The notes below the pieces were generated by a model. That model did no database searches and was not told the origin of the DNA. It saw only the letters and a program-made list of their open reading frames with translations. Shown one piece after another: positions 1 to 9,788 of a stretch of 64,000 bases of DNA. The DNA is from an uncultured Acidobacteriota bacterium (GTDB taxonomy: Bacteria; Acidobacteriota; Thermoanaerobaculia; UBA5066; Gp7-AA6): NCBI GenBank assembly GCA_963764715.1, contig CAVXTP010000014.1, positions 96,001 to 160,000 on the forward strand, read 5' to 3'. The translations under genes and the position numbers were made by a program. The stretch's first letter is position 1. Every line of letters begins with the position of its first letter.

Positions 1-1
1 C

Positions 2-139
2 CGCCGCATCCCGGCCGAGGAGATCGGCGAGACGCTCGCCCTCTACGAGACCCTCCTCGCCGAGGCGCGCAAGGACGACCTCATGGCCGCCGACGTCCGG
101 GGCGAGATGAGCGGCACCGCGCCGGAGGAACCGCGATGA
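2..139 (+). CDS. hypC: HypC/HupF hydrogenase chaperone, 3' end only (truncated by window edge)
   Basis: Frame 2 reads RRIPAEEIGETLALYETLL...*, like a HypC C-terminal helix; its TGA overlaps the hypD ATG (ATGA). Confidence 0.65.
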   Translation, partial: RRIPAEEIGETLALYETLLAEARKDDLMAADVRGEMSGTAPEEPR

Positions 140-1281
140 TTCTGCGGGAGCTTTCGGCCGCGGCCCGCGAGGTCAAGTTCCGCGACCCGCAGCTGGCGCG
201 GCGGCTCTCCGCGCAGATCGCCCGTCACACCGCCGAGATCGGGCGTTCCCCCGTCTCGGTGATGCACGTCTGCGGCAGCCACGAGCAGGCGATCGCGAAG
301 TGGGGCCTGCGGGCGACCTTCCCGAAGGACCTCAACGTCATCATGGGGCCCGGCTGTCCCGTCTGCATCACCGACATGCCCGAGGTCGACGAGGGCGTGG
401 CGCTCGCCCGGCAGGGCGTCGTCATCGCCACCTACGGCGACATGGTCAAGGTCCCCGGGACGGTCCAGTCCCTCGCGGACGCCCAGGCCGCGGGCGCCGA
501 GGTGCGCGTCGTCTACAGCGCGGAGCAGGCGGTCGCCCTCGCCCGCGAGACCTCGAAGGAGGTCGTCTTCTTCGCGACCGGCTTCGAGACGACGGCCGTC
601 GCGACCGCGGCGATCGTGCGGGGACCGCTGCCGCCGAACTTCTCCGTGCTCTCCGCCCACAAGTACATCCCCCCGGTGATGGAGATCGTCGCCGAAATGC
701 CCGAGACGCGTGTCGAGGGGTTCCTCGCGGCCGGGCACGCCGCCGCCATCACCGGCTGGGGAATCTTCGAGGCCTTCGTCGAGCGCCACGGGATCCCGGT
801 CGTCGTCGCGGGCTTCGAGCCGCTCGACATCCTCGCCGGCCTCGCGCGCCTGGTGGAGCTGATCCGCGACCGGACGCCGCGGGTCGTCAACATGTTCCCG
901 CGCTGCGTCACCCGCGCCGGGAACCTGCGCGCGCAGGAAGAGCTCTGGAGCGTGTTCCGTCCCGTCGGCGGGCGCTGGCGGGGCATCGCCCACGTCCCGA
1001 ACGGAAACCTCCGGCTGCGCGACGAATGGGCCCGCGTCGACGCGCGCCGGCGTTTCGCGATCGACCTGACCGGGCTCTGGGACTACGCGCCGCCGACCCT
1101 GGCGGCGAGCTGCATCTGCGGGGACATCATGTCCGGCATCGCGTCCCCGAAGGACTGCTCCCTCTTCGGCCGCGAGTGCGTGCCGGACACGCCCGTCGGC
1201 GCGTGCATGGTCTCGAGCGAAGGGACCTGCAAGATCTGGCACCAGTACGGCGGGATTCCCAACCTCGGAGAAGCGCTGTGA
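136..1281 (+). CDS. hypD: Hydrogenase maturation protein HypD
   Basis: Motifs MHVCGSHE, GPGCPVC, GFETT and the C-terminal CxCG...C...C...GACMVSSEGTC Fe-S cysteines. Confidence 0.97.
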   Translation: MILRELSAAAREVKFRDPQLARRLSAQIARHTAEIGRSPVSVMHVCGSHEQAIAKWGLRATFPKDLNVIMGPGCPVCITDMPEVDEGVALARQGVVIATYGDMVKVPGTVQSLADAQAAGAEVRVVYSAEQAVALARETSKEVVFFATGFETTAVATAAIVRGPLPPNFSVLSAHKYIPPVMEIVAEMPETRVEGFLAAGHAAAITGWGIFEAFVERHGIPVVVAGFEPLDILAGLARLVELIRDRTPRVVNMFPRCVTRAGNLRAQEELWSVFRPVGGRWRGIAHVPNGNLRLRDEWARVDARRRFAIDLTGLWDYAPPTLAASCICGDIMSGIASPKDCSLFGRECVPDTPVGACMVSSEGTCKIWHQYGGIPNLGEAL

Positions 1282-1283
1282 AG

Positions 1284-2322
1284 ATGCTGACGATTCTCGA
1301 AGAGCGGGTGACCCTCAAGCAGGGGGCGGGGGGCCGCGCCATGCGGTCCCTGATCGAGGACGTGTTCCTGAAGGAAATGCCGGCGCCGCCCGACGCTCTC
1401 AAGGGGATCGGCGCCGAGGCGATGGACGACGGCGCGGCGCTCTGGCTCGGAGACCGATACCTCGTCGTCACGACCGACTCGCATGTCGTCCATCCCATTT
1501 TCTTCCCCGGAGGCGACATCGGGCGGCTCTCGGTCTCCGGCACCGTCAACGACCTCGCCATGATGGGCGCGACCGAGGTGCTGGCCCTGACCTGCGCCGC
1601 CGTCATCGAGGAGGGCTTCCCGCGCGCCGAGCTCGAGCGCATCCAGGACTCGATCCGCGCGACCTGCCTCGAGGCGGGCGCCGCGATCGTCACGGGCGAC
1701 ACGAAGGTGATGGGCCGCGGCGAGATCGACGGGATCGTGCTCAACACCACGGGCCTCGGCCTGACCGACCGCGTCGTCCCGGACTCGGGGCTCTCGCCCG
1801 GGCGACCGGATCCTCGTCACGGGCACCGTGGGCGACCACGGCCTGGCCATCATGGCCGCCCGCCACGCCCTGGAGCTCGAAGGCGCGCTCGCGTCCGACG
1901 TCGCGCCGATCAACGGGCTCATCCGCGCGGCGCTGTCCGCCGCGGACGGCGCGATCGTCGCCATGAAGGACCCCACGCGCGGAGGGCTCTCCTCCGCCCT
2001 CCACGAGATGGCGGAGAAGAGCCGCGTCGGCATCCTCCTCGAGGAGCCCTCCGTCCCGGTCACCTCCGCCGTCCGCGCCGCGGGCGATCTCCTCGGGATC
2101 GATCCGCTCCACGTCGCCAACGAGGGCAAGGCCGTCCTCGGCGTGCGTCCGGAAATGGCCGAGCGCGTGCTCGCCGCGCTCCGCGCGCATCCCCTCGGGA
2201 GGGACGCCGCCATCGTCGGCACCTGCATCGCCGAGCGCCCCGGCTCGGTCATCCTGGATACGGGCTTCGGGCGGCGGCTCCTCGCCGAGCCCGAGGGCGA
2301 GCCCCTCCCCCGCATATGCTGA
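1284..2322 (+). CDS. hypE: Hydrogenase maturation carbamoyl dehydratase HypE, with one frameshift near 1800
   Basis: GAGGRAM, TTDSHVV, FFPGGDIG, GTVNDLAM and GDTKV lie in one frame; DPTRGG, ANEGK and terminal LPRIC lie in another; there is an extra base in cccgggcgacc at ~1800. Confidence 0.92.
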
Positions 2323-3065
2323 CGCCCCGCGTCCGCGTCGCCGTCCTCTGCTCCCGGCGCTGCCCGGGGCTCGAGAATCTCCTCGAGGGCCACCGCCGAC
2401 GCGAGTGGGACCTCGTCGGCTGCCTCGTTTCCGGCGACGAGCTTGCGGAGCGGCGGGAGCTCGAGGCCGCGCGCGTCCCCGTGCGGTGGCACTCGATCCG
2501 CGCCTTCTACGCCGGCCGGCCGCTCTCCGACCTCGCGCGGCGGCGCGAATACGACCGTGGAATCGTCGAGCGCCTCGACGCCTGGCGGCCGGAACTCGTG
2601 CTCCTCTCGAGCTATCTCTATCGGTTGACGGAGCCGATGCTCGAGGCCTTCCCCGGCCGGATCGTCAACGTCCACGGCAGCGACCTCGCGCTCACGGGAC
2701 GCGACGGGCGCCCGGTCTACCCGGGGTTGACGGCCGTGCGCGACGCGATCCGGGCGGGCGAGCCCGAGACGCGGGCGACCGCCCACGTCGTCACCGAACG
2801 CCTGGACGAGGGCCCGATCCTCCTTCGTTCGCGGCCCTTCCCGGTCGCGCCGCTCGTCGCGGACCTGCGGCGGCGCGGGCTCGCCCACGCCGTCAACGCC
2901 TACGCCTTCGCGCACCAGGAGTGGATGCTCGCGACCGCCTGGGGACCTCTGCTGACGGACGCGATCGCGTTGATGACGGGGCGGGTCGAGCGCGGCCGCG
3001 CCCGGTTCGAGATCGGACCGGCGGACCGTCGCGCGCCGGCCGCCGCCGCGGGGGCCCCGCGATGA
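2316..3065 (+). CDS. N10-formyl-THF-dependent formyltransferase family protein (PurN-like; candidate HypX N-terminal module)
   Basis: IVNVHGSD, YPGLTAVRDAI, TAHVVTERLDEGPI formyltransferase motifs; start overlaps the hypE stop. Confidence 0.85.
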   Translation: MLTPRVRVAVLCSRRCPGLENLLEGHRRREWDLVGCLVSGDELAERRELEAARVPVRWHSIRAFYAGRPLSDLARRREYDRGIVERLDAWRPELVLLSSYLYRLTEPMLEAFPGRIVNVHGSDLALTGRDGRPVYPGLTAVRDAIRAGEPETRATAHVVTERLDEGPILLRSRPFPVAPLVADLRRRGLAHAVNAYAFAHQEWMLATAWGPLLTDAIALMTGRVERGRARFEIGPADRRAPAAAAGAPR

Positions 3066-3895
3066 CGCACATCCGGGTGGACCGCGACGGCGCCGTCGCC
3101 TTCCTGACCATCGACCGGCCCGAGCGGTTCAACTCGCTCGACGTCGAGACGGCGCGTGACTTTCGCAAGGCCGGCCTCGCGCTCGCCCGGGACCCGGCCG
3201 TCCGGGCGGTCGTCCTCTCCGGCATCCCGGGCGCCTTCTGCAGCGGCGCGGACCTGAAGTACATCCGGTCGGGCGGAAAGCGGGAGGACCTCGGCTACCT
3301 GCAAGGCGCGCGGCCGGAGCAGACCGGCTACGGAGAGATCTTCAAGCAGATCCTGGAGTACATCCACAGCACGATCTCCGAGATCAAGCGCGCGCCCAAG
3401 CCCTTCGTCGCGGCGGTGGACGGGGTCGCCGCGGCCGGCGGCTTCGGGATCGCCATGGCCTGTGACCTCGTCTACGCCTCCGACCGGTCGACCTTCGAGT
3501 GGGCGTACGGAAAGACCGGGCTGACGGGAGCGGAGAGCTCGACCTTCTTCCTGCCGCGGCTCCTGGGTCTTCGCCGCGCGATGGAGCTCGTGCTTCTCAA
3601 CCCGCGCCTCGACGCCGCGCGGGCCCTCGAGTACGGACTGATCAATGGCGTTTTCCCGGCCGTGACCTTCGACGCCGAAGTCCGCGCGATCGCCCGGCGC
3701 CTCGCCGAGGGCCCCACCGAGGCGCTCGGCATCGCCAAGAGCCTGGTCCAGCAGGCGGCCGGAGTGGACCGCCTCGATCACCACCTCGACCGCGAGCTCG
3801 AGCAGCTCGCGCGGATCGCCGACGGGGCGGATTTCGCGGAGGGCCTCGAGGGCTTCTTCGCCCGCCGGCCCGCGCGCTTCGGCGGCGGGGGCTGA
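3062..3895 (+). CDS. Enoyl-CoA hydratase/isomerase (crotonase) family protein (candidate HypX C-terminal module)
   Basis: LTIDRPERFNSL, AFCSGADL, KPFVAAVDGVAAAGGFGIAMACD; ATGA overlap with the upstream gene. Confidence 0.9.
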   Translation: MTHIRVDRDGAVAFLTIDRPERFNSLDVETARDFRKAGLALARDPAVRAVVLSGIPGAFCSGADLKYIRSGGKREDLGYLQGARPEQTGYGEIFKQILEYIHSTISEIKRAPKPFVAAVDGVAAAGGFGIAMACDLVYASDRSTFEWAYGKTGLTGAESSTFFLPRLLGLRRAMELVLLNPRLDAARALEYGLINGVFPAVTFDAEVRAIARRLAEGPTEALGIAKSLVQQAAGVDRLDHHLDRELEQLARIADGADFAEGLEGFFARRPARFGGGG

Positions 3896-3900
3896 GCCGC

Positions 3901-4248
3901 GTGCACGAGTACTCGATCGTCCAGGCGCTCGTCGAGCGGGTCGAGGCCGAGGCCGCTCAGCGGGGCGCGGCGTCCGTCCACCGCCTCCACGTCCGGATCG
4001 GCGAGGCGTCGGGCGTCGAGATCGATCTGCTCAAGACGGCCTACGGCGTCTTTCGCGAGCGCACGATCTGCGAGACGGCGGATCTCTCGATCGTCCCGGT
4101 CCCCGCGCGATGGGAGTGCCCCCGCTGCCACGGAGACATCCCGCGGGGATCGATTCTTCGCTGCGCGGAGTGCGCGGTCCCCGCTCGCCTCGCGGCCGGA
4201 GACGAGATCTTCCTGGACCGAATCGAGATGGAGGTGGCGAGTGTGTGA
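3901..4248 (+). CDS. hypA: Hydrogenase nickel metallochaperone HypA
   Basis: GTG start, N-terminal MHEYSI, two CxxC (CPRC, CAEC), GDEIFLDRIE. Confidence 0.95.
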   Translation: MHEYSIVQALVERVEAEAAQRGAASVHRLHVRIGEASGVEIDLLKTAYGVFRERTICETADLSIVPVPARWECPRCHGDIPRGSILRCAECAVPARLAAGDEIFLDRIEMEVASV

Positions 4249-4960
4249 GACCCGCGACCGCGGCGACCTCGAGTCCGTACCCGTCGAAGTGCGCGATCGG
4301 ATCCTCTCCGGCAACGACCGGACCGCCCGCCACAACCGCGAGCACTTCGCCTCGCGGGGGCTGCTGGCGATCAACCTGATGGGCTCGCCCGGCGCAGGGA
4401 AGACCGCCGTCCTCGAAGCCACCGCCCGGGCCGTGCAGGGGCGCCTGCGGCTCGGCGCGCTCGCCGGCGATCTCGAGACCGACCGCGACGCGCAGCGGCT
4501 GCTGCGGGCCGGCATCCCCTCGGTCGCGATCACCACGGGCTCGGCCTGCCACCTCGACGCCGAGCTCGTCCACCGCGCACTGCACGGTTTCCCCGTCGAC
4601 GACCTCGACATGCTCTTCATCGAGAACGTCGGCAACCTGGTCTGCCCCGCCGTTTACGACCTCGGGCAGGCCGCCAGCGTCGTCGCGCTGTCGGTGACCG
4701 AGGGCGAGGACAAGCCCGTGAAGTATCCGGTCATGTTCCGCAAGGCCGACCTCGTCCTGGTCACGAAGACGGACCTGCTGCCGCACCTGCCCGAGGTGAG
4801 CCTCGCGGCGATCGAGGACGCGCTGTCGCGCGTCATGCCCTCGCCCCGCCTCATCCCGTTCTCGGCGCGGACGGGCGCCGGCGTCGACGCCTGGCTCGAC
4901 TGGCTGGAGGAACGGCGCCTGAACGCCGTCCTCGCGCTCGAATCCCGGGTGCGGGCGTGA
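4241..4960 (+). CDS. hypB: Hydrogenase nickel incorporation GTPase HypB
   Basis: GSPGAGKT, CHLDA, ENVGNLVCPA, EGEDKPVKYP, TKTD. Confidence 0.97.
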   Translation: MCETRDRGDLESVPVEVRDRILSGNDRTARHNREHFASRGLLAINLMGSPGAGKTAVLEATARAVQGRLRLGALAGDLETDRDAQRLLRAGIPSVAITTGSACHLDAELVHRALHGFPVDDLDMLFIENVGNLVCPAVYDLGQAASVVALSVTEGEDKPVKYPVMFRKADLVLVTKTDLLPHLPEVSLAAIEDALSRVMPSPRLIPFSARTGAGVDAWLDWLEERRLNAVLALESRVRA

Positions 4961-5604
4961 ACGGCCTGTTCGCGGCCCTGGCCCTCGGAGCCCTGACGGT
5001 CGGAAGCCTGCATACGCTGGCGCCGGACCACTGGGTCCCGTTCGCGGCGCTGGCGCGCGCGCGCGGCTGGTCGGCGGGACGGACGCTGCGCGTGACGCTC
5101 GCCTGCGGCTTCGGCCACGTCACGGTGTCGGCCCTGCTCGGCGGGCTGGGCCTTCTCTTCGGCATGGGGATCATCGAGCGCTTCGGCCGGCGGATGGAGG
5201 CTGCCGCGGGCGTGCTCCTGGTGGGATTCGGCGTGGCGTACGCGATCTGGGGGCTTCGCCGGGCGGCCGGGCGAAAGCTCCACGGCCATTCCCATGCCCA
5301 CTACGACCACATCCACGACTCGGGCGGCATGACGGCCTGGACGCTCTTCGTTCTCTTCTCCGCCGATCCGTGCGTGGCGGTGATCCCCCTCCTCTTCGCG
5401 GCGGCGCCCCTGGGGGCGGCCGCGGCGGCCGGCATCGTCCTCGTCTACGAGATCTCGACCCTCGCGACCATGGTCGCCCTGGTCCTGCCGGCGCGGGCCG
5501 GCGCCTCCAGGCTGCGCGCCCCGTGGCTCGACCGTTACGGGGACGCCGTGGCGGGCGCCCTGATCGCGGCCATCGGTCTCGCCGTCGGGGCCCTCGGCAT
5601 CTGA
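4957..5604 (+). CDS. Nickel/cobalt transporter-like membrane protein (NiCoT/UreH/RcnA-related)
   Basis: HTLAPDHW motif, several hydrophobic helices, His-rich loop HGHSHAHYDHIH; last gene of the hyp operon. Confidence 0.7.
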   Translation: MNGLFAALALGALTVGSLHTLAPDHWVPFAALARARGWSAGRTLRVTLACGFGHVTVSALLGGLGLLFGMGIIERFGRRMEAAAGVLLVGFGVAYAIWGLRRAAGRKLHGHSHAHYDHIHDSGGMTAWTLFVLFSADPCVAVIPLLFAAAPLGAAAAAGIVLVYEISTLATMVALVLPARAGASRLRAPWLDRYGDAVAGALIAAIGLAVGALGI

Positions 5605-5703
5605 AGCCCCCCCGGACCCCCCGGCGCAGCGGATGATGCGTTTGCACCATGCGCGCGCCCGGCGCGCCTGTCTACCCTCGAGTTGAACGCACGGAGGTGG
5701 GTG

Positions 5704-6258
5704 ATGACACTTCTGAATCTCTTTCTGATCGTCCTGGCCGTCTCCCTGATTCCGGTGATTTTCGTCTCCGTCCGCGCCTACCGGCGTTACCGGGGCGCAC
5801 GGGTGGTCACCTGTCCCGAGACGAAGCAGACGGTCGCCGTGACGATCGACCGGGGCCATGCCGCGGCCACGACCCTCGCCGGCGAGCCGGAGCTGCGCCT
5901 CGAATCCTGCACGCGCTGGCCCGAACGGCAGCACTGCAACCAGGCGTGCATCTCCCAGATCGAGAGCTCGCCCGACGGCTGCCTCGTGCGCAACATCCTC
6001 ACCCACTGGTACGAGGGAGCCTCCTGCGCCCTCTGCGGAAACAAGATCGAGATTCACTGGGGCGACAACAGGCCGGCGATCCTGGGTCCGGACAACAAGT
6101 CGCTCGAATGGGACGAGATCCGGCCCGAAAAGCTGCCGGAGATCCTGGCGACGCACAAGCGGGTCTGCTGGAGCTGCCACGTCGCGAACACGTTTCACGA
6201 CCAGTACCCGGACCTGGTGACCGAGCGCAAGGCCGCGCCCGAGCGCCGCGTCTCCTAG
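5704..6258 (+). CDS. Membrane-anchored Cys-rich hypothetical protein
   Basis: GGAGG RBS upstream; N-terminal TM helix; CPET, CxxWP, CNQAC, CALC and CWSCH motifs. Confidence 0.75.
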   Translation: MTLLNLFLIVLAVSLIPVIFVSVRAYRRYRGARVVTCPETKQTVAVTIDRGHAAATTLAGEPELRLESCTRWPERQHCNQACISQIESSPDGCLVRNILTHWYEGASCALCGNKIEIHWGDNRPAILGPDNKSLEWDEIRPEKLPEILATHKRVCWSCHVANTFHDQYPDLVTERKAAPERRVS

Positions 6259-6385
6259 TCCGGGACCGAACGACCGGACACTCGAGACCGAGGCCAGGTC
6301 GGCCAGTGCCGGCGGGACGACCGCCGGCACATCTCCGTTTCGAGAGAGACTGGGTTGGCTCGGCCCATCGACCGGAGGGAGACGA

Positions 6386-6919
6386 ATGAAGATCAGGCCA
6401 TCGACTCCGACGGGAGGCTCGGCCCTCCGGCTGGGGACGCTGTTCGCAATCGCTCTGGCCGGTGCTCCGGGGGCGACCCTCGCTCGGGGTGCCCCGTCCG
6501 AGCAAGGAGAGGGTGGCCGGCCCTCCGACCCGTGGCAGGTCAGTCAGATCGTGAAACCGGAAGACCTCGCCGCGTCCCTGTCGAAGGCGGCGGCCGACAA
6601 GCCTTTGCTGCTCTACGTCGGGCCCCGGTTCCCCTACCTGGGCGGTCACATCGCGGGGTCGATCTTCGCCGGACCCGCGTCGAAAACCGAGGGTCTCGAG
6701 GCGCTGAAGGCGGAGGTGAAGAGTCTCCCCCGGGACAAGCCGATCGTCATCTATTGCGGCTGCTGTCCCTGGAAGGTTTGTCCCAACATCCGCCCGGCCT
6801 TTCGCGCCCTGCAGGACATGGAGTTCAGGAACGTCCGGGTCCTGTATCTGCCGACGAATCTGCGGCAGGACTGGATCGACAAGGGATGGCCGACTCAGAA
6901 GGGAGACGATGCCCGATGA
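6386..6919 (+). CDS. Exported rhodanese-like domain protein
   Basis: GHIAGS, IVIYCGCCP, FRNVRVLYL..DWIDKGWP; signal-peptide-like N-terminus; GGAGG RBS. Confidence 0.8.
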   Translation: MKIRPSTPTGGSALRLGTLFAIALAGAPGATLARGAPSEQGEGGRPSDPWQVSQIVKPEDLAASLSKAAADKPLLLYVGPRFPYLGGHIAGSIFAGPASKTEGLEALKAEVKSLPRDKPIVIYCGCCPWKVCPNIRPAFRALQDMEFRNVRVLYLPTNLRQDWIDKGWPTQKGDDAR

Positions 6920-6968
6920 GGAGCGATTCCTGAATCCATAGTCCCCCCGGGCCGAGGACAATCCAGAG

Positions 6969-9652
6969 TCAGCGGGGGTTCCCGCCCGGCACGAGAGCCG
7001 GCCAGTCGACGATCACGCCGATGGGCGCCGGTTCGGCCGTCGCGATGTCGATCAGGAATCGCTGGCCGGAGGAATCGACGTCGTAGTCGCGCAACTCTCC
7101 GTCGAGCGGAAACAGCAGCGTCGGGGCGCCCGGGTCCGGACTCGGGCCCGGACGGATCGCGACCGCCGTGAGTCGGCCCTCGCCCGACACGTAGAAGAGC
7201 TCGCGACCGTCCCGCCGCCACCGCGGCAGCCTTCCACCGCCGGAGGAGATCCGGATGCTCTGGCCGCCACCGTCCACCGGACGCAGGTAGATCTCGCGCG
7301 CGCCCGACTCGTTGGAGACGTAAGCCAGCCAGCGTCCATCGGGCGAGAACGCGGACTCGCCTCGAAGAAAGGCGTCTGCGCGACGGGCACGGCTCCTTCG
7401 AACCCGAGAGGGGCAGGAACCAGATGTCTCCGTTGGTCTGGCGGCTCCACTCGCTGAAGACCAGCGTCCGTCCGTCCGGCGACGCGTCTTCGCGGGTTCT
7501 GGACTCCGGGGCGGCGCAGCAGCGGAGCGTCGCGTCCGGGCGACGACGCGGGGATCTCGAAGAGGTCGGGAGGACCGAACCGGTCGCCGCGGAAGAAGAT
7601 CTTCGTCGCGTCGGCCGACCAGACCGGCGCCTGGTCGTCGCCCTCGTCGACCGTGAGACGCAGCGGCAAGCTTGCGCGCGAGGTCGTAGAGCCAGATGTC
7701 GGAGGTTCCCTGCTTCTCGTCGCGGACGGTCGGCCGCGACCGTCCGGCCGTCGGGCGAGAGCCGGACATGCGAGACGATTCCCTCCAGGCCGATCGTCTC
7801 GATCGGGCGGCCGGAACGGTCCAGCCACACGACGCGGCTCGGGTTGCGCAGCTTCTCGTAGGAGATGACGCCGGCCTGCGACGTCGAGAATCCCGCCTGC
7901 GCCGGGCCGTTGAAGTAGTAGACCCGCTCGGCCAGCGTGGTCGCTTCGCCAGAAAGCCGCAGGGTGCGGAGCGTCGAAGCGCTGCGCCAGGAGAGAGCCT
8001 TGCCGGGCGTAGATCAGGTATCCCGGAGCGACGTACTCGACCCGGGACCAGATCGCGTCGGAGATCGGCGTGATCTCCCGCGAATCGAGCGGAGCCCGCG
8101 TTCAGGTACCAGCGTCGATCCCCCTGGGCCTCGAAGTCGCGCGACAGAAAGAGGAACCGGCGGCCGTCGGGAAGGAAGTGCGGCCAGAGGCCGACGTTCT
8201 CCTTCCTGTCCTTGTAGATGATCCGGCTGCGGCTCGCCGCCCTCGGCGGCGACGGCGTAGATCCCGGGTCCCTGCGGCCCGATCTGGGCGAAGAGGATCG
8301 TGCCGGCTGAGCCCCAGCTCGCCAGCGTCTCGAGATAGGGCGCATCGCAGATCGTCCGGGGAGGCCCGCCGGCCAGATCCATCCGCTGGAGCTTTCCGTC
8401 CGCGAAGAACCCCAGCGATCGGGAGTCGGGAGACCAGAAAGGCGAGACGCCTCCCTCGGTCCCCTCGAGGGCCCGGACCTCGAGCGAGTCGAGGGCGCGA
8501 AGGTAGATGCGCCGGCGGCCCGACGCGGCGCCCACGATGGCGAGGTTGCGCCCGTCGGGCGACAGCGAAGTCTGTCCTTCGATCTCGCCGGATTCGAAAC
8601 CCACGCCCTCCGGAAGCGACACCGAGAACCGGATCACGCGGCGGCGCCGCGGGAGGCCGCCCGCGTCCCGCCGTCAGCGCCCAGCCGAGCGCGGCCGCCA
8701 GCGCCGCGGCGATCGCCCAGGGCGCGCCCGTCGCCAGGCCGCGCCGCGCCGGGCCCGCGGGTCGCGTCACGCCGGTCCCGCCGCTCGCTTCGCTCAGCCG
8801 GTCCTTGAGCGTCGCGAGGTCCCGCGCGAGGTCGCGGGTCGAGGCGTACCGGTCGTCCGGCGCTTTCGCGAGGCAGCGCTCCACGACCCAGCGCAGCGGC
8901 GCCGGCGCCAGCGGGGCGAGCGCCGCGATCGCTTCGGGCTCGTCGCGGATGATCGCCGAGAGGGTCTCGGGGGTGCTTCCGCGCTGGAACGCCCGCTTGC
9001 CCGTCGCCATCTCGTAGAGGATCGAGCCGAGCGAGAACTGGTCCGACCGGAAGTCGACCGGCTTGCCGAGCGCCTGCTCCGGCGACATGTAGCCCGCCGT
9101 CCCCATCACGACCCCCGGCTCGGTCGCCCCGGAGACGGTCGGCGACGACGTGACTTCGCTCGAGCCCTCGGGCTCCGTCAGCTTCGCGAGGCCGAAGTCG
9201 AGGATCTTCACGAAGCCGTCCTTCGTGACCATCAGGTTCTCGGGCTTCAGGTCCCGGTGCACGATCCCGGCGCCGTGGGCCTTCGCGAGGCCGTCGGCCG
9301 CCTGCGCCGCGACCGAGAGCAACGAGCGGACCGGCAGCGCGCCCTCCGCCAGCGCCTCGCGCAGCGTCCGTCCGTCGACGAGCTCCATCGCGATGAACGC
9401 CACCCCGTCGGCCGAGCCGATGTCGTAGATCGTGACGAGGTTGGGATGGTTGAGCGCCGACGCCGCGCGCGCCTCCTTCTCGAAGCGCTTCAGGCGCTCG
9501 ACGTGCGAGGCGACCTCCGCCGGCAGCACCTTGATCGCGATCTCGCGCTGCAGCCGCGGGTCCCGCGCCCGGTACACCTCGCCCATCCCGCCCGCGCCGA
9601 GCGGCGCGACGATCTCGTACGGGCCGAGGCGCTGACCGGTGCGAAGCGACAT
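6969..9652 (-). pseudogene. Ser/Thr protein kinase with C-terminal TolB/PD40 beta-propeller; multiple frameshifts in the 3' half (pseudogene or sequencing errors)
   Basis: Intact kinase domain (LGAGGMGEVY, HRDLKPEN, DFGLAK, YMSPEQ) and TM helix; SPDGR repeats continue across several frames between ~7000 and 8650. Confidence 0.8.
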
Positions 9653-9788
9653 CGGGGAGTGCCCCGATACTACCTCCCGAAGCTCGCCCGGGACGAACGG
9701 ACCAAAAGCCCGGACGAATCGGCCGGCGGCCCCGATTCTCCGATCATTCTCCGTTCCCGTCCCGATCCTTATGGGCTAGCCTGATCGC

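Noticed and set aside
300-3065. 921-aa ORF as one protein
   Set aside because: It is a chimera of off-frame hypD, the N-half of hypE, off-frame sequence after the frameshift and the formyltransferase gene.
2316-3065. Calling the formyltransferase purN
   Set aside because: It lacks the SGxGSN GAR-phosphate loop (has CSRRCPG) and lies inside a hyp operon.
6166-6180. c-type cytochrome from CWSCH
   Set aside because: Predicted cytoplasmic topology and many other Cys favour a non-haem metal site; left unresolved.
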